Assembly: GCF_018350175.1 (NCBI RefSeq)
Contig: NC_058368.1
Coordinates: forward strand, 239,260,001 to 239,324,000
Source: Felis catus
Taxonomy: Eukaryota
Direction: 5' to 3'
Length of the DNA: 64,000 nucleotides
The translations under genes and the position numbers were made by a program. Position 1 is the first letter of the stretch. Each line of letters begins with the position of its first letter. A model generated the notes under the pieces. It had not been told where the DNA came from, searched no databases, and saw only the letters and a list, made by a program, of their open reading frames with translations. Positions 1 to 11,753 of this stretch are shown here, piece by piece.

Positions 1-376
1 ATGTCCTCCTTTCCTGAAAGACCCGGGAGGAACCTTATTGCCTTCCCCAGTAAGCAGAATCCTGAGACAGCTGTCACTCGGGAGCCCCACATCTTAGGCA
101 GCCCCACTTGGTTGTGGAGAGAAAGGCATGGGACATACCTGGACAGGGACTCACCTGGGGGGAGGAGGGACCTGCTGTTGGACACAAGACAGAGCCTGCT
201 CACACAGTCATTCAAACCCCCATTGAGAACTTGGTGGTTATGGTGTGAGGAGGTGTGGCCCCATCAAGCCCTAGCCTCTGTCTTGAGAAAACGTTTCATT
301 TTCATATTCTTAGATACTTAAAAAAATACAAATTGCGTTGAAATTAAAGCCACGTCCGAATAAGTCACACTGCTGT

Positions 377-382
377 TTTATT
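377..382 (-). terminator. LRRC14B: Probable LRRC14B polyadenylation signal (AATAAA on minus strand)
   Basis: tttatt at 377-382, about 480 nt downstream of the LRRC14B stop, in an AT-rich 3' UTR segment. Confidence 0.6.
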
Positions 383-862
383 AGTATGTAATCATCCTAG
401 CACTTAGCCCTTCGTATGAGTCAGATCTTAACAGAAACCTAGCCCCGACATTGTAATTAAGCATTTATGCATCAGGACTCAATCACTCAAACCACCCAGA
501 CGTGGTACAGACAACCTGTTCTGTGACAGGTTCTGGTGTCTTCCTGGCCCTGGCCTGATGTCTGGGCTCCCTCTCCTTGCTCCCGTCCTGCCCAGCACTG
601 CTCCACTGTTCACCACTACCACGGTGGCGGACAGCTCGTGGGTCCCCGTGGAGCTCTGACACCAAAGTGGCCTTGCGTCACCTTTCCTGGAGCCAGAGTT
701 TCCACTCCTCTAGTGCTTAATGGATGTCACACACGAGTTTCACTAAGAGATGCTTCAAATGGTGGTGGCCGGGGGAGCGGATACCCAAGCCTGCTGACTC
801 AGGATGCCCGGGGTGTCGTGCAGCTGAACTACAAGGCCCCCTTTGGCCTGCTCAAGGGCCTA

Positions 863-1505
863 CTACATTTGTTCCAACGCTCTAGAAAAGTTTTCTAGAG
901 CAGTTTTGAAAGCTTGCAGCAAGAAAGCTCCAAGTTCATTGCTTGTTTCTTGGATATCTGGGTCAAAACTTCCAAAGAGGGGCGTGCAGACTTGGATGTC
1001 CCCCCGGCCAGCCCTAAGCAGCACAGCCCGGAGGTCCTCAGCAATCACATTGTATTTCTGCTGGTCAAATTTGGACATGGCCAGCTCATCCTGGGGGTAG
1101 GCGGTGCCCTCAGGGTAGCAGTCCTTGGGCACTGGGAACTCTACGCACCGAAGTTTGGGCAGCTCACAGAGAGCTGTGAAGAGGCGCCTCAGGGCCCGGG
1201 CCGACAGCGGGTTCCCCAGGAAGCGAAGCTCACAGAGCTCATGGCAAGGGCTCAGGGCCAATATCAGCATGCTCACGTGGCTGTCTTCGATGCTGCACTC
1301 CTCCAGGGTGAGAATCCTCAGTGTCTGGGCAGCCCGGCCCAGCAGCCTGAAGAAGGTTGAGGGGAACAGGCTGAACAGGCTGTGCCCACTGAGGTCCAGC
1401 ACCTCCAGACACATGCTGTGGGCACAGTCTGCCAAGAAGGCCATGTCCGCGTGGTTCAGGGAGCAGTTAGCCAGGTCCAGGACCCTCAGCGGTGTCCTCA
1501 GGGGG
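863..1505 (-). CDS. LRRC14B: LRRC14B exon 2 (leucine-rich repeat-containing protein 14B, PRAME/LRRC14 family), C-terminal LRRs
   Basis: Acceptor ccgcccctAG|c ccc ctg agg matches phase 2 from exon 1 (GG|C). Encodes PLRTPLRVLDLANCSLNHADMAFLADC...ALEQM*, with TAG at 863-865. Confidence 0.95.
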
Positions 1506-1586
1506 CTAGGGGCGGGGCGGAAAAGAGCACAGGTGAAAGGAGATCCCCGCAAGGAGCTCTGGGAGGAATAAAGGTGAATTCTATCT

Positions 1587-1835
1587 CATGGGTCAGCGGA
1601 CCATGGCCCAAAGGCTGAATCCACTCCTGCCTTGTTTTATTCAGCCTAAGACTAAAATGGTTTTTATATCTGTAAACATTGGAACAAATCAAAAGAAGAA
1701 AGATACTCTGTGACATGTGAAAATAATATGAAATTCAGTTTTCAGTGTCCATAAATAAAGTGTTGTTAGAACCAGGGTAATTCGTTTGCTTCCTGTCTGT
1801 GGACAGTTTGGGGCTGTGATGGCAGAGCTGAGTCT
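1587..1835 (+). mobile_element. MER58B-like hAT-Charlie DNA transposon fossil
   Basis: Resembles the recalled MER58B consensus: aaatcaaaagaagaa...gtgacatgtgaaaataatatgaaattcagttttcagtgtccataaataaagt...gcagagctgagt. Confidence 0.75.
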
Positions 1836-3379
1836 TGAACCAGTGGTGTGACCAAGTGTAGAGAAGAATTAACTTAGCCCAAGACAGGTCTGGCCTTTGT
1901 CATCAGTTCCTAAAATGTTATATCTGTTTTGTCAATCCCTCACTGTGTCTGCTCATGTACTTGCCGTGGGGCAGTGAGGTGCACGTGAGCTGGCACAAAA
2001 CAGCTAGCTTCACTATGAACAAAGAGAGGAAGCCCTCACAACTTTAGGGCGGGGAAGAGCCATGGAGCCATCTAGTCCAGCCCTAGCCTTGCTGGGACCT
2101 AAAGACCCTCCCGTGTTCTAATGTAAGTGGGGTAGGTGGCCCGGCATCAGCAAATGCACAGCCGGGGTAAACCCTGCTCTGGTGGGCAGTTCTCAAAGTC
2201 AGGAAGGGCCCTTGCGCCCTGGGACTTGTGAAGAATGCACATCCTCAGCCCACCCTGCCTGGGTGATGCTGGGCCCGGGTCTGGTGCCATCAGGCTGAGC
2301 ACTCAGTGCAGGACAGTATATGGGGTCCTGTTCTCTGCCACCCCTCCTGCCCCTGCACCTGCACCTGTACTTCCCTGGGTGCTGAGAGCCCACCATGCTT
2401 GTCCTTTTCCCGGCCCCTCCATCCAGGTCTATCGTGTGGGCCAAAGAAGCCCGAGAAGACCTTGTGAATACGAACGCAACCACACCTTCTTCCTGCTCAG
2501 AACCTCCAAGGACTTTCTCTCTTCCTTTCCTCCCCTCCCCTACTCCCCTCTCTCACACTGCCCTGCCTACCAACCCCAACCTTCCCCCTGCTGATGCCTG
2601 ATCCCTCCATATTACCAGCTTGGGCCCTTAGCGCCTCTGTCCAGGCCACCGCACAGTCTGCCTATTCAATGCTCGGGGTCTCTGCTCAAAGTCACGCCAG
2701 GGAGTGAGCCTTCCCCGACTACCACCACCACCAACGACCCCGCCCCCCCGCCCCCAGTCTCACACTTGTTTAGCCTGACACACGTCATGTTGGGACCTCC
2801 CTGGGTCCTCACCAGGCTGTTGACAATCAGCCAGACTGAAACACACGTGGGAGCACGTACTCTACCAGTGGAGGGTCAGAATGTGGTGGGAGACAGGAAA
2901 GCCTGTCAGGGGCTGAGCTAGCAAGATGGCCCTGCTGGGCCGGTGATGGGTCCTCTGGCTTGTGGAACCAATTTCCCCCAGTAGCAAAGGCACATCCAGG
3001 CTGAGGACCTAGGCCAGAAATGCAGGACTGTCCTGAGGGTCTCAAAGAGCCAGCCACCATATATATGCCAGAGTTTATTCATACATGAGCTCAGAACCAT
3101 CCTTTCTTATGTCAGGAGACTGGGGACAGGAGGAAAGGAGGAAGGGAGCCCTCATTTTCCTCTCTCTAGAAGACCTTGGACAGAAGACCAGGGATGGGGG
3201 GGTCTGGGGTAGGCAGGGTGAAGGAGGAGGGTTAGGAAAGAGAAGGAAAGGTGAGTGCAGCCCTTGGCCAGCAGCTTCTGGGGTTCCTTTGTATAGAAGA
3301 GAAACATCTGTAAGCCAAGGACTCCCTAAACTAGAAGCCACATCTTCACCCCCACTGGCTCAAGAAAGAAGTTTAATTT

Positions 3380-3783
3380 TCTATGTTCATGGCCAGTCAC
3401 CAACCAGGTGGAACCCTGACCTTCCTGGTGCTCCCGCCCTTGTGTGGTGTCCTCCCCTCACGTGGATGGACCCGCTGACTAGCTCCAAACCAACAAGGTA
3501 TGCAGAAGTGTGGACACATCGGTCTCAAGAGCTTCTAGCTGGGTGACCTCTGGTTCTCAGATCAGCCTCTCTGTCGTGAGGACTCCCAGCAGCCGAGGTG
3601 CAGAGGCCACCTGCCAACAGCCTCACACTGAACTTGGAAGTGGATGGCCTAACCCTCCTGGCCCACCAAGCCTTCAGAGGAGACCACAAGAGTAGACCCA
3701 AGTTGTGCTGGGCTCTGACGGAGCTTGTGGCCCACCATAGGCCAGTATGGGGGTAATTTGTTATGAGACAGATAATTAATACA
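3380..3783 (+). mobile_element. MaLR (MLT1-type) LTR remnant; 5' boundary approximate
   Basis: Ends with the MLT1-type terminus ggggtaatttgttatgagacagataattaataca; internal gccaacagcc...gaacttggaagtggat...agccttcaga motifs. Confidence 0.6.
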
Positions 3784-4135
3784 ATATAACATAGTCACTT
3801 GTATGTTGTTCGTTTTGCTAATTTTCTCTTCTGCCCACTAACCAAAACCAGTCCTCCTTGAGTTCCCTGTGTTGCCAGGCTACACGCAACCTAACCCCCC
3901 TGGGTCACACGCCTCTGTCTGTGCCCTCCTGCCGCTCTGGGCCCTCACAGAGTAAAGAGGGAGGGAGCCGGGAAACTTGTGCCCTTGTAAACTGCCAGGT
4001 CCCATCTGCAGGTCTCTTGTGCATCTTCCGCCTGGCCGCTGAGAGGGCCCCGTGTCACCCAGACCCACGCTGAGTAGCTGTGAACAGAGACACCACTAAC
4101 CCGGCCTGCCCTCCGTCCCGTCACCCCAGACTCAC

Positions 4136-5025
4136 CCAAGCAGTTTCCGAATCTTCCCTGTCAGGGTGGAGAAGGCCACGCTCAGCTCTGTGAGCTGGGT
4201 CATCTGGCTGAGCTCCCAGGCGATGGAGGTGAGGAGGGGGTCCTCGCCGTCGGGGGTTGGGGTGCTGGTGGGGGGCGCGTCGAAGGCCTTGGCAGGCAGG
4301 GTGAGCGAGGCCAGCTGGGGGAAGCCCACCTGGGCCAGCAGCTGCTGCACGTGTCCCGCATGCAGCCGCACGTTGTGCACCACCTCGAGCCTGCGCAGCT
4401 CACCCGGCCCGGCCAGACGCAGCACGTGCAGCAGCTGGCTGGGGCCCAGGCTGTCAGCGCGGAAAGAAAGGCAGTGCACACGCAGTGGGGCAGGGCCTGA
4501 TGGCCCCAGGGCCTGCACCACCACCTTGAAGTTGCCCTCTGTGACAAAGAGGTCAGCAAGGACCTGGATGGGGCGCTGGGCCACTAGGGGCTCTGCCTGC
4601 AGCCGGCAGCAGGTCCTGGCCAGCAGCTCCGTGCGGCCCCACCTGCCCAGCGCCCTGCCACAGGGGCACTGCTGCACCTGCACGTCTCGGATGCCTGTGA
4701 GGTCTGCCACCCGCAGCCGCCTCGGGCCCCCGGCCCGGAGCACGTGGTCCGCGAGGCCCTGCACACAGGCCTCCAGGCAGGCCCGGCAGGCGCGGTCCCG
4801 CAAGTCCTCCGGGGGTTCTGAGCGCGGCCCGAGCAGCGCACTCAGCCAGAACTCCTCCAGCGGCCAGCGCTCCAGCAGGGTGCGGATCACCTCTGCCTGC
4901 TCCAGCAAGTAGCTGGCTTTGAACAGGAGTGGGTAGAGATTGTGGGCCACACCATCCAGGCTCTGCTTGGCCACCTGGGGGTGAGACACCAGGGCCTCAG
5001 CAGAAATGAAGCGTAGCGACCTCAT
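4136..5025 (-). CDS. LRRC14B: LRRC14B exon 1 coding part
   Basis: ATG at 5025; MRSLRFISAEALVSHPQVAKQSLDGVAHNLYPLLFKASYLLEQ...TLTGKIRKLLG; donor GG|gtgagt at 4135; 890 nt, phase 2; CpG-rich. Spliced CDS is 1533 nt = 510 aa. Confidence 0.95.
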
Positions 5026-5103
5026 CGTTCCTGCCTGTGGCGGCCCGAAGGCAGGACGGTGCTCTCTCGTTGCGATTCTCCCAAAGATGGGTGCCCTTCT
5101 CGC

Positions 5104-5263
5104 TTATTTTTAGCTGCAGCTGCTGTGAGCAGCTCGCCTTTGGGCCAAAGGTGGTGAGCGGGCCCTCTGGTCATCTGACAGCTATTTTGGTCGTGGGTGC
5201 TTATTTGCCTCTGGCCCTGGAGGCGTCTGCCAGTGGCCAGCCTGTCCTTGGAGCGCTCAGCTG
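5104..5263. promoter_or_regulatory. LRRC14B proximal promoter with MEF2 site and E-boxes
   Basis: TTATTTTTAG (MEF2 consensus YTAWWWWTAR) at 5104-5113, CAGCTG at 5117-5122, CATCTG at 5172-5177, CAGCTG at 5258-5263; 80-240 bp upstream of the ATG. Confidence 0.55.
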
Positions 5264-5538
5264 GTGAAAGCAGAGCTGCCCGAGTGCTTGGCTAAGTAGC
5301 ACCGGGCCCCTGAAGAGTGCCGCCCGTGCCCACCACAGGGGGGCCCGTGCTTGGGAGCTGCAGCGGGCAACGTGGCCCTGGGCGTGGACCAGGGAGACCC
5401 CAGGCAAAGGTCCCGCTGCGCATGTCCCCGCAGAGTCATGGGAGCCAGGCTCCCTGGGTGATGCATGCTGGTGACGTCCCTGGGCACAACAGAACCAAGT
5501 AAGAGCAGCGTGACCGTGTCTTAGAAAAACAGGTCCCA

Positions 5539-5544
5539 TTTATT
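5539..5544 (-). terminator. Probable distal PLEKHG4B polyadenylation signal (AATAAA on minus strand)
   Basis: tttatt at 5539-5544, the last such hexamer seen before the LRRC14B promoter. Confidence 0.45.
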
Positions 5545-6651
5545 TATGTTCCTGGAGTTCGGAACAAGTCAGCACTGAAACAAAGTAACAATGGAAACAG
5601 CTCAGAGCAGCTGGGAAACGCACAGTCGCAAAGTCCCTCTGGTGTGGACCCTGCCTGTCCACCCGCCCCTGTTCCAGGTGGCTGGTCTGGTGGTGCTGCC
5701 GCCTGGAGAATGGGGGTCTCGTGGGGAAGACACCTGCAGCAGGAAACTCACTGAAGTCTTCTGTCTACCTAGGCTTTCCCTGCTTATTATTATTCTGCTC
5801 CATTTGGAGAGAGGTGGTCCTCTTGGGGCGCTCTCTACACCCCAGACCTCAGGCCTAGCTGCTGTGCCCTCACCCCAACCTGGGACCCAGGCCCACAGGT
5901 GGTGACCGGCAGCCCCACTGTCTACACATGCCTTGTTAAAAAGGAAAGAGAACCAATATTCCAATTATACTCAGAGGCACCCTCTGTGTCTGGGACACAT
6001 TTCACTGAGGGCTACTCCAGGGGACTGTCGCCCATGGGCCTGTGTGGCCTGGAACTGCAGGAAACAGGGTTGCAGAGGGCCCACCTTGCTCTGAGACACC
6101 CCAAGCCTGCTTGGACCTCCCCAACGGAACCAGGGGTCCGTGTGTTTCCACCCCAACCTTGGCACAGCCCTCGGAGCACGGGGGAGTTCAGAGCAGTGCG
6201 GGGGTGGAGATCTGGGCCGGCTAGCCCTCTGAGCCTGTGGACTGGGGTTGAGGAGCCCCAGAAGGAGTGGAGGGAGGCCAGGTGATGGCCAGGCAGGCAG
6301 GGCCCATGGCGTGCTGAGGGTGGGGGTGGCCAGCAGCTGCGGTAGGGGTGTATCAGGAGCTCCCAGCATGAGCACCTCATTCCCAGACCTCAGGCACAGG
6401 TCTGGGCCGAGGGTCCTCTGCTCCCTCTGACGGGGATTCTCCCTGGGCTGAGTCTCATCCAAATACCTCACAGCTGTGGAAAGAATGAGGGTGGTTACTC
6501 ATACCCCACAGGCCTCCCCCCAATCCAGCTGCTTGGTGCCCGAGGCGTGGACAGCACAGAGTCCTTGTCTGGGAGGTGCTGCGTGAGGCCTCATACCCTG
6601 CAAGGTGCTCTCAGACTCATGGACACACATCCATTTTTAAGAAGCACTTGA

Positions 6652-6867
6652 GGGGCCCCTGGGGGGGCTTGGTCGGTTAAGCGACTGAATCTTGGTTCCG
6701 GCTCAGGGCGTGATCTCATGGTTCGTAAGTTCGAGCCCCACATCAGGCTCTGTGCTGACAGTGTGGAGCCTGCTTGGGATTCTCTCTCCCCTTCTCTCTG
6801 CCTCTCCCGATTGTGCTTTCTCTCTCTCAAAAAATAAATAAGTAAACATTAAAAAAAAAAAAAAAAA
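6652..6867 (+). mobile_element. CanSINE (feliform SINEC)
   Basis: tRNA-derived head, (CT)n linker, AATAAA and poly-A tail; TSD-like aagcacttg on both sides. Confidence 0.9.
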
Positions 6868-7556
6868 GCACTTGGGGCCAGCACTGGCGAGGTCAGGGCA
6901 AGGCTGGGTACCCTTGTGGTGGATTCGTCCCTGGGTCTGGGTCCAGACAGAACCTACAGGGTGACCACCTCGGCTGGCATCACGATGCATTTGGAAGTCA
7001 AAACACTTTGACCCTGAAACGTGTCAGTTCTGTGTTTGCTGTTCTGATCCCAGAACGTGTGAGTGCACGTGCCTCAGAGCACCAACCCCTGGCAATGCTC
7101 AGGGCACGGGCTATATGAGTGGGTGTTGGGGAGGTACCCAGTTCTCAGAAGGGCAGGGTGCCAGGTTCCCCAGCAGCTACTCCAAAGGGGTGTCCGGGGG
7201 TTGGGGCAGGTGGGAGTGGTCCCCATCGGCTTCTGTGGCCAGGCCTCTGGGCCTGGGTCTGCGGGTCCTTTCCTCTTGGAGGAATGCCTGAGCTCTCAGA
7301 AATAGCCCCACGCCACCCTCTTTGACATGTGGTTCCCAGGGGTACAGGCAGTGAGGTCCTAGGGAGGTTGGTCCAGGAACAGAGGTAACAGGGGAGCAGC
7401 CTCGTTGGCCAGGGTGCTCCTCCTGGGGGGCTGTTAATGTCCAGCCACGTGACTGTGTGTGGGAGCATATGGAACAAGGCGGAGACACCCAGGCTCCCTG
7501 GCTGGTGGTGGCGTGTCCAGCATCTTAAGGTGACAGTGGACGAGAGAACCCTCCCA

Positions 7557-7604
7557 TTACTTCAGGGGAAGCCGGGACAGCCCCACACCTAGGGCCTGTT
7601 TTGT
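7557..7604 (-). CDS. PLEKHG4B: Candidate terminal coding exon of PLEKHG4B (TKQALGVGLSRLPLK*)
   Basis: Phase-0 acceptors at 7604 (tggcAG) and 7619 (cctccccttctgacAG) share one frame ending at TAA 7557-7559; alternative acceptors exist near 8360. Confidence 0.3.
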   Translation of the reverse strand, partial: TKQALGVGLSRLPLK

Positions 7605-7738
7605 CTGCCAGTCAAACCACTGTCAGAAGGGGAGGCAATCACCAATGAGAGCCCAGATCACTGGTCATCACCAGCAATCTAGGGTGCATGGGCCAAAGGC
7701 CTGTCTTCTATACACTCTTGGCTCAGCATACCCTCAGA

Positions 7739-8152
7739 CTTGGGGACGGCTCTCACAGAGTGGGGGAATGGGGGGGATGGGGTGTCTCCCCAGAACTGGG
7801 GGATGGCTCTCACGGAGTGGGGGAATGGGGAGATGGGGGTGTCTCCCCAGAACTGGGGGACGGCTCTCACGGAGTGGGGGAATGGGGAGATGGGGGTGTC
7901 TCCCCAGAACTGGGGGACGGTTCTCACAGAGTGGGGGGATGGGGGGTCTCCCCAGAACTCGGGGATGGCTCTCAAAGAGTGGGGGAATGGGGGTGTCTCC
8001 CAAGAACTGGGGGATGGCTCTCACAGAGTGGGGGGCATGGGGGGTCTCCCCAGAACTCGGGGATGGCTCTCACAGAGTGGGGGAATGGGGGTGTCTCCCA
8101 AGAACTGGGGGACAGCTCCCATGAGATGGGGGGAATGGGGGTTCTCCCAGAA
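7739..8152. repeat. G-rich minisatellite, about 7.5 copies of a 48-57 bp unit
   Basis: Unit ggggatggctctcacagagtgggggaatggg(gagatggg)ggtgtctccccagaact, repeated from about 7742, 7799, 7856, 7913, 7961, 8010, 8059 and 8108. Confidence 0.95.
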
Positions 8153-8476
8153 CCAGGATGGTGCTTCCTGCAGTGGATAGGTGTATGACCCGGGGCTGGG
8201 TGAAGGTTGGTTGAGAAGGGCTCTGTGTCTGAGTGGCGCCCCCATTTCTTGCCCTGGTCACCCCAGTCCCACCCTCTCAGGGGCGATGTGCCTGTGTGTA
8301 CATCCTGAGCGGCGTCTGGGCTCTCCTGTGCTGCCAACAATAGCCTGGCGCCCCTGCTGACTAGGACAAAGAGCGGCCAACCCTTGAGCAGGAAGCCCCA
8401 CCAGCAGGGTCCCCAGGCAGGTCCTGAGCATGCCCGGCAGGCCTCTCACAGGGAGGTCTCAGGAGAGGGTACTCAC

Positions 8477-8613
8477 GGTTGTGGTGAACTGGCTGTGGAG
8501 CTGCTGCTGCGAGCCCCTCCTGGGGACAGCAGGGCAGGCGCTCTGGGGGCCCTCCTCAGAGAACAGCCCCGGGAGCCTGAGGCCACCGGCCCCCAACGAC
8601 GTGCACTCAGTCA
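8477..8613 (-). CDS. PLEKHG4B: Probable additional 3' coding exon of PLEKHG4B
   Basis: Acceptor cccctctttgcAG|tg matches phase 1 from the donor at 11754 (A|TG=Met). Open frame MTECTSLGAGGLRLPGLFSEEGPQ...SQFTTT; strong donor ACC|gtgagt, phase 0. Confidence 0.6.
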
Positions 8614-9859
8614 CTGCAAAGAGGGGCTGGGTTAGGGGTGGCTGGCCCCCTTGCCTCTGCACGCAGCACTCAGGGCCCCCTGAAGCGTGTAAATAGAGAG
8701 TGAGGCATGTGTTATGCACGCAGAGTTATGACGGGACAACTGTGAGGCTGGGTCACAACAGATGGGACCGTGCTGCCGGAGCAAGCGGACACCCTTATGA
8801 GCAAGTGTCTCCTGACCCTGCTTTTCTGAAATCAGAGAAGACTGGGAGGGAGGTGCTCAGGTGACCTCTCCACCAGCGGGACGCCTCTGGCTCACATCAG
8901 TCAAAGGGGAAAAATAAAAAATGAGGCCCAAGAAGGGCCACACGGCTTAAATAAATAGGACAGGATGAGGGCTCAGCCCTAAAGGGCTGCTGGGGGCCCC
9001 AACTGTATCACCACAGGCGGAGCCACGGCCATGGCCCTGCTGCATAGGCACAACCTCCGTGTGGCCGGTGTGGGCTTTCCCACACACTTCTGCGTGGGGA
9101 TCACAGGGCCATTTCCGCGCGGAGCTGACGACGGCTGGGCAGAGCCCTCCCGCACAGACTCCTGCCCGAGTCTTACATCGCAGGAGAAGAGAGAGCCCCA
9201 CCTCCAGACCTGGGCTTCACTGGGAGACGCACCAGCCCACGTGGGAGCTAGGGAGGGCGGCACCAGGAAACCGCAGTGGCTGTGGGCTGGCGACGTGGGC
9301 GTACCCCCAGCCACGCTCCCTGTGGGCCCGCCCAGAGCACAGGCCCGACGAAGGTGGCTGCTGCTGTTCTGAGCAGGTGCGGGGCACCTGGCACCCCCGG
9401 GCACCCCCAGCAGACTTCAGGCACGATGCCTCCATCGGGGCAGACACGCCTTTGTGGTCAGCGGTGCCCTCGGAGGTGTTGTCATGGTGGCACAATGGGG
9501 GCTTGGGAGGACGTGTGTCCCAGGCAGTGTCACCGAGGAAGGGCCTCACTGGGGCTGTGGGAAGGATTTCTGTGGAAAACCAGACACCTGTGACCCTCCA
9601 CACCATGTGTGTGGTGATTCCCCACACACAGGAGACGAAAAACCAACCACCGTGGGCCCAGCCAACACACCCACCCCTCCACGTGCAGGCCGGCGCTCTC
9701 AGAATGCAGGCCTCTCCGTGCGCCGTCGGACAAGGGGGGGACCCGTGTGGGTGGCTGTGAGGCCCGACAGCACGGACACGGTCTGCACAGCACACGTGTG
9801 TCAGTCACAGAAGGCTGCTTGTGCCCCATGCATACTCCTGTGGTCACGGGTATGCTGAG

Positions 9860-11080
9860 CCTCTGTCTATTTTCTCGTTAGTCTTTCTGTTCTCCTTCTC
9901 CTCTTTCTACATTCTTTTGGATTGAGCTTTTCTTAGGGTTCCATTTTATTTCCGCTGTTGGTATATTAGCTGCAAATCTTTGCTTTGTTATATTAGGGGT
10001 CATTTGGGGTTATAATGCATACCTAACGACTTACAATCTGTCCCTGGTGGTATTACACACCTCAGCAATCATATAGAACCACACAGCTGAGAACCGCCAC
10101 ATCTCCATCCGTTCTATGTACACAGACACCATGGCCTCGGCGTGTTCACCCCGTGTTCTCTTGACACTGTGCTGTTCAAACAGCCACTGTCTCTTACAGA
10201 GACTTAAATAGAAGAGCCCTCCTTTCTTCAGCCTTTGTCCCCCCCGTGTCACTGCCCTTCTCCTTGGAGTCTGCTGGTAAGGAACAGTTACAGCTTTTCA
10301 TATGCACGAGCATGTTGTTTCGCTTTGTTTCACTATTCCTGAAAGACACATTTGTCACGTTGAACTCGATGGTTGTCAGACAATGCCAGCCCAACGTGTT
10401 GTCCGCCGTGAGAAGTCCCTCTGCACAGAACACGCCGGCTCCCCTGGCTGCTTTCAAGATGTCTGTCGTCACTGGGTTTCCACAGTTTACAACGCGCATT
10501 CTGTGTGCTTGGGGTTCAGGGGTCTTCTTGGGACCTTGGGTTTACACCCTTCATCAAGTCAGGGAAATATTCAGCCATTGTTCCCTCAGAGTTTTGTTGT
10601 CCCTCCACTTTGGGGACGCTGGTACGTGTTTGTCAGGCTGCTCGAAGTTGTCACACAGCTCACTGCTCTTTTTCCTTGATTCTCTGTGTCATTTTGGACA
10701 GTTTCTACTGCTACATCACTAACCTTTTCTTCTGCCAAGTCTTACTTTCTGGCAACCCCACCCAGTGACATGTTCACCTCGGGCGTTGTGGCCGTTTATC
10801 TTGCTAAGCTTAGTCCACCCTATCTTCCCTGTTGTGACTTAATGTGGTGGACAGCAGAGACACAGGATGACGGTGTGACCACCAGGATCGGTGATTCTAA
10901 CGGTCACGTCAGTTCCAGCTGACGTTGCCCGATTGATTACAGCCCTTGTTACGGTCTGTCTCCTACATCGTTGCAGGCCTGGTACGGGACAGTGTGAGTC
11001 TACCCTGCTGGCTGCTGGATGTTTCTGTGACCCTATAAACCTCCTAGAGGTTTGCTGTAGGATGCAGTGAGGTTACCGGC
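9860..11080 (-). mobile_element. Old L1 (L1M) fragment, ORF1 and inter-ORF region; boundaries approximate
   Basis: T-rich antisense L1-like text (cattcttttggattgagc...; gggaaatattcagccattgttccctcag; gctcactgctctttttcc). Confidence 0.55.
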
Positions 11081-11753
11081 AAACGTCTTCCATCCGTGAC
11101 GTGCTGGCAGCTCGGCAGCAGTGTCAGTCCAACACCCTCCCCTGAGCGAGCCCTTCCAAGGACCTGCAGCCGCCCCAGGATGGGGCTGCTGCTGTCTGTG
11201 CCGTGGGAGGCTCTTTAGTCCCCCAGAGGTTCAGGCCTGGGCGGCCTCCTCAGGTGCGGTGCTGACCAGCGCTCTGCTGGGCCCAGACCCTAGAGGGCTC
11301 ACCCTGCATGGGGCTCCCCTGGTCTGTCCTCCTCCACTGGGGTTCTGAGGCTCCCCTCACTGCACCCCTCTCAGGGCAGAAATCGGACCAATCACAGGAA
11401 TGTGTGACATCACATTCCTGCCTCTCAGGTCACTACCTGTGGTGCTGGATGTCCTATGTCTCAAAATCTTGATTCACATCTTTTGTCTGTTTAGGTTTTG
11501 TTTCGTCTTGTTTTTGTCTGCTTGCTTGTTTTAGGTCTGTCCCCTATTACCTCATTTTGGGTGGAAGTAAAAGTTTTTGGTGTTTGTTTTTTTAACAAAT
11601 TTTTCTTTATAAAGAAAAATCAGAATGCGTTTGAAAACTTTTGGAAGTACATAGGAGCAAGGGAGATAAATGAGCCCGTGAACTGCCCCCCCCACCCCCA
11701 GGACCGGCTGTCGGAGGCCGGGGCGTGCAGGCTCCAGTGCTAAGTACACTCAC

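Noticed and set aside
1506..1560. Upstream acceptor (cccAG at 1559-1560) or TTG start for LRRC14B exon 2
   Set aside because: With phase-2 entry it hits TGA at 1498; only the 1505 acceptor keeps the LRR frame
4166..4912. 248-aa plus-strand ORF
   Set aside because: Antisense shadow of the GC-rich LRRC14B exon 1
7739..8152. CRISPR-like appearance of regular repeats (also 22311-22935)
   Set aside because: Mammalian DNA; head-to-tail units with no unique spacers and no cas genes
7645..8340. Many overlapping repetitive ORFs
   Set aside because: Products of the stop-poor minisatellite
8979..9858. Overlapping 113-233 aa ORFs on both strands
   Set aside because: GC-rich intronic DNA, no recognisable homology, no convincing phase-matched splice pair
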